Assembly: GCF_004010195.1 (NCBI RefSeq)
Contig: NC_057718.1
Coordinates: forward strand, 39,353,143 to 39,417,142
Direction of reading: 5' to 3'
DNA from: Chiloscyllium plagiosum
Lineage: Eukaryota
Length of the DNA: 64,000 nt
The position numbers and the translations under genes were made by a program. Positions within the stretch are counted from its first letter, which is position 1. Each line of letters begins with the position of its first letter. The notes under the pieces were generated by a model. The model was not told where the DNA came from. It made no database searches and saw nothing but the letters and a program-made list of their open reading frames with translations. Shown here piece by piece: positions 53,377-64,000 of the stretch.

Positions 53377-53784
53377 ATAGGAAAACTGAGTATTACCTGA
53401 GAGATCAAGAAGTTAAGCAAAGAGCCCCTTAGTCTTTTGACGAAGATGACATGAAAGCCAAGAATGGTTAAAATTCAATGTTACTTCTGGCATGATGTTG
53501 GAGGGTACCAATGTCTGTAAATACATTGGCCTGAAACTTCTGTGTGCTGACAATGATGAGCAATAGCTTCTGCATTCAAAAATTCTCTGAATTAATGCTG
53601 TTGCATATTACTTTCAGTGACTACTGATCCTGACTTTCACAGAAACGCACAGCACAGAGTCCCTCAGGGAACTCCATCAGATCAGAGTAAAGTCAGAGTA
53701 AGTATGGACACACATCTTTTTAAAGCACCAGCTGCTTTATTGTAAACTTAAAGGTTCAGACTTTCAATACTAGTGAATGTTAGT

Positions 53785-54200
53785 GAATCAGTAAGTAAGT
53801 AAATGGGTAGGTGAGTGAGTAGTAGGTGCATAGAGCAGGAAAGTGGCCAGGAGGATAGTGTGAGTTAGGTAGGTAAAGTGAGTAGGTGGAAGATTAAGAG
53901 GTGGGGTCAGGAGGGTAATCAGGTGGTCAGGTGGCATAGTTCGGTTATGGGGTAGTCAAGTCTGGTCAGGGGTGTAGTCAGTTGGTCAAAACAGTATCCA
54001 CGTGATCGGAAGGGTAGTCAGATGGAGGGGTAGTAGTAAGGTCAGTTTGGATCAAGGGAACATTCCAATGGTTGGGAGGATAATTGGATTGGATTGGGAG
54101 GAGGGGTGGTCAAGTGTAATGCAAGGGCAGTCAGATCAAGTTGTTCTGAGGGCTGGTCAGGTAGTGGGTAGGGTAATCGAGTTGGTTTGGGAGTTTGATA
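53785..54200. repeat. G/purine-rich low-complexity tract
   Basis: Loose GGTCAG/GGTAG/AGTG repeats. Confidence 0.55.
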
Positions 54201-55039
54201 TGAGATGTGTTTTACCTGTTCCACCAGTGAATGTAGATCGAATCTCATGAACATGACATACTGAGATTTTGCATACGGGTAATCCTGCCACCTTTGGACT
54301 ATAGGTATCTACTAGGTAGAAGATTTCAGGAAATCAGGATGAGCTTGTGGTTTGGCACTACAATGTGACTGTGCCAAAGTATGGAACTGGCCATCCATTA
54401 CATGCTTTGAGAGGGTTTCTCATAGGCTATACCATACTGCGTCACTTTCTTGTGTACATGGCTTCCAGGATGCATAGCTGTACTATGTTGGCAGTAGATC
54501 TTATGTTGTTGTTAGCTTTTAGGATGTGCTGACCTGGCATTTAATGATATGATGTTAATGGTTGTAAAAGCTTCTGATTGCCCTACACCATCAATATTGT
54601 GTGTAAGTTGAACAACATGAAACTAGTGATTATCATCTGAAATTTTGAACCTCATGGATGTGATTACATTTATGTACTTGCTTATCACTCAACTTGCAAT
54701 CCCTTTAAGAAAGTTATCTTGAGAATCATAGCTTTGTACAAAAACTGTTGTCTTGTAGTGGCACGTTTTAGCCACTAGATAGCATTGACACCAAGTAAGG
54801 AATGAGGACAGCACAGGAGCTTCCCTCTACTTTAGTGCCAATTCAGAGCAGCAAAATGGTGAAACCAGTTGACCTTTAGACAGAGGTAATGATTTTCTAA
54901 CTGCATAAAATAATATTTTTGTGGCTGTATACCCATTCAGGAAAGCTTTGTGGCTCTACAATGAGACTGAGATCTTTCTTCCCTCAGGTCACATTTTATG
55001 ATACAGCAATGCTGTGAACATGTCAGTTAAAGGTATACT

Positions 55040-58000
55040 GATGAAAAATAACATAGAAAGGGAGGGGAGGGGTCCAATAATCATCACCCATGTTGGTACC
55101 AGTGACACTGGTAGAATTAGAAAGGAGATTTTATTGAAAGACTGGACAGTTAGGAGCTGAATGAAAAAGCAGAACCTCCAAGGCAATAATCTCTGAATTA
55201 CTTCCTCAGCCACAGGCAAACTGAAGTTAAATGCATGACTCAAAGATTATGGGCTGAATGGGTTTCAGGTCATGGAGCATTAGTACGTGTACTGGAGTAG
55301 AAGGGAGTTGTTCTGGTAGGACATGCTTCACTTTGAACTGTGCTAGAACCAGCATCCCAGTGAATCAAATAACTAGGGCTATAGAGAGGGCTTTAAATTA
55401 ATTAGAAGGATGGAGGGTGTGGGAGAGGAGAAATGAAAGCTTACTGTGACGATGCTTCTCCTTTAACAAGATTATGTTGTCCTTGGTTTTTTTCAAAAGG
55501 GGTTGTAAAAGGCAAAGGTTTTCTGTTTTGTCTGAGGTAGTCCACTTTGATTACGGCTAACAGATGCTGCCTAAGGCAACAATCAGGGAAAAGGCTTTTA
55601 GTTTTTTTTAAAAAAAACACTAGTACAATGAAAGGGGAGTAGCCTGTTCTCCTACTTCAGGGATTTTTTTCTAGTTTGGTTTTAGTTTTAGCTGGGGACC
55701 GAGAGAAATAACTGCTGGAGGGAAAAGAGGTTCCATTCAGCAAATGATCCCTAGCTGATTCTCTCTGCCATCTCTCTCTCTCCTGAAAGAACCTGTGTTT
55801 GAATTTACCTTTTTGCCAAGGGGTATGTTTATGGGATGTTGCAGGAAATCAGAACAGCTCTTTGTTAAGTTGCGGGGAATATCGTGTTGGTCGAGTTTTA
55901 AAATAGTTGTTATTCTAAATTCTGTTTTCTTTTGCATATGTTTCATTTGGTAGTCTGTAAATAAATTATGTTTTGTTTAAAACTGAGTGGCTTAACCAAC
56001 TGCATCACTCTTGGAATAGCCACCTTACATCGGCTTAAATCAACTAGAAAAGATACGGTCTGGGCTGTCCTCTTGAAATGTTTTGAGGGGGTCTGGGCCT
56101 GGTCCATAACATTACAAAGCAAAGGATACAGCAGTATTACTGTATGGTAACGATACCAGAGTGCCACAGTTAGGAATGGAATATATAAACACAGAAAAAC
56201 AGCAGCAAATATTATCAAAAGGGGAAACAACGGTGAAAGGGATAACACAACCATAGTTGACCAGTGAAGTTAAGAATAGCATCAGATTGAAATGAAAAAC
56301 ATAACATTTGCAAAATAGTATGTACCACACTAGAGGATTAGGAAAGTTTTAAAACAACCAACAAAAGAAAACCACAAGTTTGAGGGAGAAATAAACTTTT
56401 AGGGTAAACTTGCAGGTAATATCAAGACTAACAGCAAAAGCCTCTTTAAATATACTAAAAAAAAGCAGAGGGAAGCCAAAGTGAGCAAACCTCCCTTAGA
56501 AAGAGAGGCTGGAAAATAATAATGGGAAACCAGGAAATGACAGATGGGCTGAAATAAATACCTGGAAACAGTCTTCACAGTAGAAGACCCTAATAGCATT
56601 CCAAAAATATTAAATATTCAAGGGACAAAAGGAGGGGAGGAAATAAAGACAATCACTAGAGAAAAGGTGCTAGGGAAATCAATGGTGATAAAGACCAGTA
56701 AGTCCCCTGGACCAGGTGGGATGATATTACAGTGACAGTGGATACACTGGTAGTGATCTTTCAAGAATCCTTAGAATCTGGAAAAGTTCCAGAAGATTGG
56801 AAAATTGACAATGTTATTTTAAAAAGGAGAGACAAAAAAGACAGGTAACTGTAGGTTAATTAGCTTGATGTCTATTATTGGGAAAATGTTAGAGTTTATT
56901 ATAAAGGATGTAATGGCAGAGTATTTAGGAAGGCAGAATATGATCAAACAGAGTCAGTATGGCTCCATGAAAGGGAAATCATGCCTTACAAAGTTACTCA
57001 AATTCTTTGAGAAGGTAACCATTTGTATCGATAAAGGGAAGCAGCAGATGTAACATATTTGGATTTTCAGAAAATGCTTGATAAGGTACCAAACATTAAG
57101 CTATTTAATAAGAGCCCCTGGTGTTGGAGATAGCATTTTAGCTTGGATAGAGGATTGGCTAAATAATAGAAGACAGAAAGTTGGGATAAGAGGGGAATTT
57201 TCAGGATGGAAACCTGTAACTAGTGGAGTGCCACAGGGATCAGTGCTGGGGCTACAATTATTCACAATATAAATAAATGATATTGATAATGAAAGTGAAT
57301 GCACTAAAACCAAGTTTGCGCCTGACACAGAAATAGGTAGAAAGGCAAATGGTGAGGATGATACAAAGACTCCACAGAGGAACATAGACAGATTAAGCAA
57401 GTGGGGAGAAACTTGGAAAAAAGAATACAATGTGGGAAAATGTGAGGTTACACATTTTGGCAGTAGGAACAGAGGAGCAGAATATTATTTAAGTCATAAA
57501 AGACTGCACAAAAGCTACAAAAAAAGAGGTATTTAGGAACCTTGACGCATGCATCACAAAAAGCTTGCATCTAAGTTCAGCAGGTAATGGGGGAAGTAAA
57601 TTGAATGTTGGTCTTTATATCAAAGGGAATGGAATATAAAAGTAGGGAGGTTTTACTAAAATTACACAAGGCACTAGTCAGGCCACCGCTGGAATACTGT
57701 GAATATTGCTGGTGCCCTTATCTAAGGAAAGATATACTGTCATTAGGGACAGTCAAACGAAGAATTATTAGGTTGACAGTAGGTGTAGAGGGATTGCTTT
57801 ATGAGGAGAGGATAAGTAGATTGGGCTTGTACTCATTGGAATATAGAAAACTAAAAGGCAACATTATTGAAAAATACAAGATCTTAGGGGACTAGACAGA
57901 ATGGATGCAGAAAAGTTGTTTCCCCTTGTAAGAGAGTCTACGGTAAGTGTGCATAATCTCAGAATAAGTGTTCACACATGAGACAGAGCTGAGGAGGCAT

Positions 58001-58245
58001 TTCTTCTCATAGAAGGTCGTGAAACTGTGGAATTCTTTACTACAGAAGGCATTTGAGACTCGGTCATTAAGCATATTCAAGGCTGAGGTAGACAGATTTT
58101 TAATCAGTAAGGGAAGCAAGGATTATAGGGTAAAGGTAGAAAAGTGAAATTGAGGCTTATCAAGTTAGCCATGATCGTATTAATGGTGGAGCAGACTAGC
58201 TCGGCTGAATGGCCTACTTCCGCTCCTATATCATATGGTCTTATT
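55040..58245 (+). mobile_element. Long decayed CR1 including an ORF1 esterase relic, interrupted by an LTR
   Basis: HVGTSDTG (SGNH block III-like) ~55089 and D.LH.N ~55320; ORF2 [25 protein letters not shown]; 3' UTR. Confidence 0.85.
55445..56111 (+). mobile_element. Solo LTR (667 bp), Gypsy-like
   Basis: TGT...ACA termini; 4-bp TSD TTAC (55441-55444 / 56112-56115); AATAAA near 55960; strand tentative. Confidence 0.8.
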
Positions 58246-58339
58246 ACATACTGACTGCGAGACATAACAACAATTAAGGAGGCAGTGTGGAGTTACCCAA
58301 ATGTAATTGGCCAATTATTTCCTTGGAAGCTACCACCGA

Positions 58340-58662
58340 GGGGCGGCATGGTGGCACAGTAGTTAGCACTGCTGCCTCACAGCATCATGGTCCCAGGTTC
58401 AATTCCAGCCTCAGGCGACTGTCTGTGTGGAGTTTGCATATTCTCCCCATGTCTGTGTGGGTTTCCTCTGGGTGCTCTGGTTTCCTCCCACAGTCCAAAG
58501 ATGTGAAGGTCAGGTGAATTGGCCATGCTAAATTGCCCCTAGTGTTAGGTGCCTTAGTCAGAGGGAAATGGGACTGGGTGGGTTAGTCTTCAGAGGGTCG
58601 GTGTGGACTTGTTGGGTCGAAGAGTATGTTTCCACACTGTAGAGAATGGAATCTAATCTAAT
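58340..58662 (+). mobile_element. Full-length V-SINE (HE1-like)
   Basis: gggcggcatggtggcacagtagttagc A box, ggttcaattcc B box, V core, (AATCT)n tail. Confidence 0.9.
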
Positions 58663-61600
58663 CACAGTACTGTATGAAGTCTTCAATTTAGCTCCAGACA
58701 TTCAGTTAGGGTCTGCGGAGGTGCAAAATTGCTCAGTGAGAGTTGAATTATCTTGGATGGTTTCCACATACGTGTGCTTGCCTAGATTTCCTCAGAATCC
58801 AAGGTACATTTTCAATACATGCCTGGTCTCCAGCGATGTAGCTGATTAAGTGAGGGCATTTTTGTATTCAGTTAAATTCTCTAGTGATTCTTGGATTCAC
58901 AGATTATATTTCAGTGATCAGCATCCAGTTTGACGTGTTAGTTCTCGTGTTCCAGTGCTGACTGCACCAGGTATTTCCAGGTACTCTCCCATCAAAGCAC
59001 TAATAAGACCAGAATCTGCTGATCTTCTGGGATTAGGTGAGTTCAACTATTTTCAAATGTACATGGCCATAGGCAAAATCTTTTTAATGTATTTAGTAAA
59101 TGCTTCTTTGAATCGCTTTAATGTGTCAAACAGGAATTCAGTCAGAATCTCCCATGTGGCAGGCAGGAACTCTACTGCTGAACTAGTGATGCTCCAATGC
59201 CACCTGGAAACACGCTGATAAAAGGTTAACAGAAAAACGCTTTTATTAAGCTACACAGGTACACAGCCATGCAGCTGGCTGGCAGGTATCACACACAGCC
59301 TGTATTCCAGGATAATAATGTATGTGTGCAGCAGCATTAAAAAAAAACATTTAAAGGATTGCATACAATGACAATAAGACATTCATAGCAACTAAATTTG
59401 AAAGGGAACATTTGTCACAGTATCTGATCTATTTGGCAACAGCAGAACATGACATCGTTAATATAACATGGGAATGTGAGAGAATGTGAAGGTGCTTTTT
59501 AGTTAAAAATCCAACTGGGGGAATTAAGGGCCAAATAAACCTGAAAATTGTGTGAGAATTATCTAGAAGATAGATAAAGGTAAAAACATTTGGTGAACCT
59601 TTCTTAATCCATAATTGTTTGGTAGTTGGCACAATGCAGCTGTCTCTGTTTGTTGCTATGATTTTCTTTGCCTGTATTATGGTGTATAGAATAGGTCAAA
59701 TGATGCTTAGAATAAAGGAACTTCTATAATATCTTTCACAGCTACCAAACATCAAAAAGCCAATATTTAAGACTACTGTGATGTCTGAAACACAGCAGCC
59801 AATCTGCACAGCAAGCTTCCAATAACTGCAATGTGATAACAAACAGATCATTTTTTAAAAATTGATTGAATTTGAACATTGATCCATACATCATGCATTG
59901 CTCACCTGCTCTTCCTCAAAATAGCGCCATGGAAAATTTTGTATTCATCGGAGAGACCAATGGGGTGCTGGTTTAAGTTAAGGCTCCAGTAGTACAGCAC
60001 TCCCTCAGTACAGCACTGGAATGTCAACCTCGATCTATGTGATCAAGTTCTGGAGTCAGCTTTGAATCCATAATCTTCTAACTCGAGGCAAAAATTCACT
60101 GTCAGCTAAACGACAGCTACCAGACCAAAGCAAATGGTTTGCAAAAGGTATGCCATGCTTAAAAGATGATGGCCTTTGGTAAGGCTATCTGAGGTCACCG
60201 CCCAGCTCAGTACCATCTCCATCATGCGGAGGAACGACCAGCAGAGCAATTAAAAGATCAGTGACCTCCTCTTCTGTACCATCAAATACCAGACTGCTAT
60301 CTGCCTTCCCACACTCACTCTGTTACTGCACACATCACCCAGAAAGGTTCATGTCCCAATAATGCACACAATATCTTCTCTCTCTTACTCTACTCTTCAG
60401 TATCTCAGACCACTAACCTTAAAGGACATCTGTGCTACCTCCCCAATCCTCCACTACATTTTATCACCTGTTCTCCACCTGCACCACCCGTGCCAATCAC
60501 TGTATTCACAATCGTTACTCTCCTTATTCTCACTGTCAGAGAAGATAGCCCATATCAGGGCGGGGAGATGTCACTTGGGTAAAGAGGTATCTGACATCAG
60601 GTTACTTCCCCATTGTGAGAAAGTTTAGCCCCTCACAGGAGAAGGCCTGGATCACTCCTGCAGTGATGCTGAAACATCTACTTCGCACCAAACCAGTAAA
60701 TAAACAGTTCATGCCACTGCTTCTCTTGCATTAATCTTTTTATCACTCACAATCATTGGACACCACTTCTAATCACTGACCGTAACACCTTCTCTCTCTT
60801 TTATTTGTCTTGCAGATGCTACTAGACTACCCTCGACCTCAATGTTGAAATGCCTAGCTCCACCAGAAGCCCTGTTCTCGATCACTGAGGTAGAGAGTAC
60901 AGAGGCCTCAGAAGAAGTATTGGCGAGGCCACCTCCGGCATCTCCCATCAAACCAGATCCTGACACCTTGGTGGAAATCGTCACAACAGAGTACACAATC
61001 TGGTGAGCATCTCACTGCGATAGTTCCACAGCTGGCCAAAGGAGAAATAATCCAGACAGCTAGCACTCAGAGGACTGCCAGAGACCAGCTACCTGCTGAG
61101 ACCCAAGCAGGAGAGCACCCTATGGAGGTGGATGTTAAGTGAATGAACACTAATAATAGAGTAGATAAGCATCCCTGAGCTGCAGACTAGTCCAGTTTGT
61201 GAGCTGGGTGTATGTCCCTGCGCACTAAGTACCTTTTGCAGCCATTGAACATAAATGGCTGATGCATTCTGCAATGCAGGTCTGCTCTCCCAGATCACTC
61301 TGCCCGTGTACAGTTGAAGTGGTCATTGACAATGTCAGTATCAATGTCCACAGAGGACAAGTGGAAGTGGCTGTTGCCCACGTATTTCATCCTGAGCTGT
61401 GTTGGTTGCAGACAATACGGAGGTGGTTCAGAGCAAACACCGATCTGAATTCACTAGGTACTCGCTCTGGTTTTCTTGTTGCGCTTGGTATAAATGGAAA
61501 TCTGAATATTAACGAGGCAAGTGATGGTGAGCTCACCACTGCCTAGCATAAAGTCATGCTATCCTGTTTGTGAAAAGCATTAAAGATGCAGCGAAATAAT

Positions 61601-61959
61601 GTCAACATTGAGATGGACCTCACTCCACTTCTCACCTGATTCTGCCACATATCATCCCAAAGTCCACATCACTTAGACCTCTGTAAGATTCCACCCAATG
61701 TTTCTACAGATTGACTTTGAATTCACTCCCTTATCATATCCTCTGCTTCTATTATTCTGCATGAACAGTGTTTTGATGTCAGACCCTCACTGACCTTGTA
61801 CAAATTTAGCTGAATCTTAAAACTGTGGCAAGATTAGACTATCACACGTGCAAATATTTCCCAAATGGGAAATACATATTTATATCAGTTCACCTTTGTA
61901 GGAAATATTCATCAGTTTTGCTTTTGGTATCACAGCACTCTCTATTAAAATATGCTTTT

Positions 61960-63133
61960 GGATGTAGGTTTGCTCGCTGAGCTGGGAGGATCATTTCCAG
62001 ATGTTTCATCACCCTACTAGGTAACATCTTCAGTGGGCCTCAGGCGAAGCAGTGTACATGATTCCTGCTTTCTATTTATATGTTTGGGTTTCTTTGGATT
62101 GGTGATGTCATTTCCTGTTCTTTTTCTCAGGGGATGGTAAATGGGGTCTAACTCGATGTGCTTGTTGATAGAGTTCTGGTTGGAATGCCATGCTTCTAGG
62201 AATTCTCGTGTGTGTCTCTGTTTGGTTTGTCCTAAAATAGATGTGATGTCCCAATTCAAGTGGTGTCCTTCCTTATCTGTATGTAAGGATACTAGTAAGA
62301 GAGGGTCATGTCGTTTTGTGGCTAGTTGGTGTTCATGTATCCTGGTGGCTAGTTTTCTGCCTGTTTGTCCAATGTAGTATTTGTTACAGTCCTTGCACGG
62401 TATTTTGTAAATGACATCAGTTTTGCTTGTTGTCTGTATAGGGTCTTTCAAGTTCATTAGCTGCTGTTTTAGTGTGTTGGTGGGTTTGTGGGCTACCATG
62501 ATGCCAAGGGGTCTGAGTAGCCTGGCAGTCATTTCCGAGATGTCAGACCTCTTGGCATCATGATAGCCCACAAACCCACTGACACACTAAAACAGCAGCT
62601 AATGAACTTGAAAGACCCTATACAGACAACAAGCAAAACTAATGTCATTTACAAAATACCGTGCAAGAACGGTCACAAACATTACATTGGACAAACAGGC
62701 AGAAAACTAGCCACCAAGATACGTGAACACCAATTAGCCACAAAACGGCATGGCCCTCTCTCACTAGTATCCTAACATACAGGAAAGGAAGGACCACTTC
62801 AACTGGGACAACACATCCATTTTAGGACAAAACAAACAGAGACACGGACGAGAATTCCTAGAAGCATGGCATTCCAACCAAAACTCTATCAACAAACACA
62901 TCGAGTTAGACCTCATCTACCATTCCCTGAGAAAAATAGGAAATGACATCACCAACACAAAGAAACCCAAACACATTAATAGAAAGCAGGAATCATGTAC
63001 ACTCCTTCACCTGAGGCCCACTAAAGATGTTACCTAGTAGGGTGATGAAACATCTGGAAATGAACCTTCCAGCTCAGCAAGCAAACCTACATCCAGAACC
63101 TCAACCTGAACTACAAATCTTCTCAAAACTCGC
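61960..63133. mobile_element. Third-family Penelope element forming a ~550-bp-arm palindrome; both arms encode GIY-YIG
   Basis: VIYKIPCKDCNKYYIGQTGRKLATRIHEH on both strands; arms ~61960-62510 / 62548-63094; 39-nt tail; 14-bp TSD TAAAATATGCTTTT (61946-61959 / 63134-63147). Confidence 0.93.
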
Positions 63134-63950
63134 TAAAATATGCTTTTTTCATAATCATGAGAAGATGCTCACAAAATGTTGTTTATAAATGTTTTAATAT
63201 GCTATTAGGTGATTTTTAGAAGACTGTTCTTCACAAAGAAATGAGTTATAGTTGAAACTAGCAACCTTTATACCAAAACCATGCTGAAGTTTGGATTTTG
63301 CCAGATTTTCAGTCCAGCATTTGGAGTGCAGAATAAAGCAGCACACAAAACAACCTGGTCAATAAACAGCCTGGAGCTACATTGTGCATTCCTGTCTGAA
63401 TTAGTCAGACAAGATTTTATTTTAATCTTCTTCAATTAAAATTGATACAAAGTTCTGGTTTTTAGGTAATTCCAGTTTCTGTAACCAGTTGTCCCTGCAT
63501 CTATAAATGTGATCATGTTAGTGAATCATTTCAGGTTTTTGAAAGCCAAGGTTTAAATTCATTAGAGGTCAATACCCTTAACGTATAACTGAAAATATGA
63601 CATGAATCACTTATTATAAAATGCAAGAAATCAACAGTAATTTAAAATTTATTTACACAACCACACAGAAAAATTATTTTCTAGGTATCTCTACAAATAG
63701 CATTTTTGAACTTTAAAAGTCACTGGAAATTTCTACTGGGTATCGTTAGAAGCTGACAAATGAAGAACGTGCATGCCTTCTTTCAAACCAGCCACTTGTT
63801 ACTAATAAATTAAGAGTGAATATTAAAATATGTTCAAGTTCATAAGAGTATTCCTTATATTTGTAACCTTTATAGCATACAGAATAATAGTGTCCCAGAA
63901 CACATTTTATTATGAACATAAAGTAAAAATGCTGTCACATTTTTTAATAC

Positions 63951-64000
63951 CTGCAAGTACTGCTTTTTTGCATAACCTCTGCTCGATGGTATCCAGACAG
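63951..64000 (-). CDS. KCNH1: KCNH1 exon 2, 3' part (PAS domain; runs off the window)
   Basis: Reverse complement reads LSGYHRAEVMQKSSTC(S), then TGCAG|gtatta donor; phase 2 joins exon 3. Confidence 0.93.

Noticed and set aside
62017..62571. 184-aa GIY-YIG ORF as a domesticated nuclease
   Set aside because: 5'-truncated arm of a TSD-flanked Penelope insertion; the start codon comes from the opposite arm

Overview
Vertebrate genomic DNA, very probably a shark (inferred from the HE1/V-SINE, CR1 and Penelope repeat complement). The window lies inside one large minus-strand gene, KCNH1 (EAG1/Kv10.1 voltage-gated K+ channel). Six coding exons are visible: the 3' end of exon 2 at the window edge and exons 3-7 (107, 129, 119, 393 and 430 nt), with GT-AG junctions and a continuous frame covering PAS, S1-S5, the pore and the start of S6. 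The rest is intron, densely filled with CR1 LINEs (mostly antisense to the gene), V-SINEs, Deu-type SINEs, a Rex1-like LINE, two solo LTRs with TSDs, an ancient non-CR1-type LINE and DNA-transposon relics. The most striking unexplained structure is a set of at least seven TSD-flanked Penelope-derived insertions plus one older relic, from about four families. Most are foldback palindromes, and each carries a minimal hammerhead-ribozyme core (CUGAnGA-stem-GAAA-NN-UH); several intact cores read in the KCNH1 pre-mRNA sense. Also notable is a tRNA-Asn/V-SINE composite inserted into a CR1. Repeat family names and boundaries come from motif recognition, not database searches.
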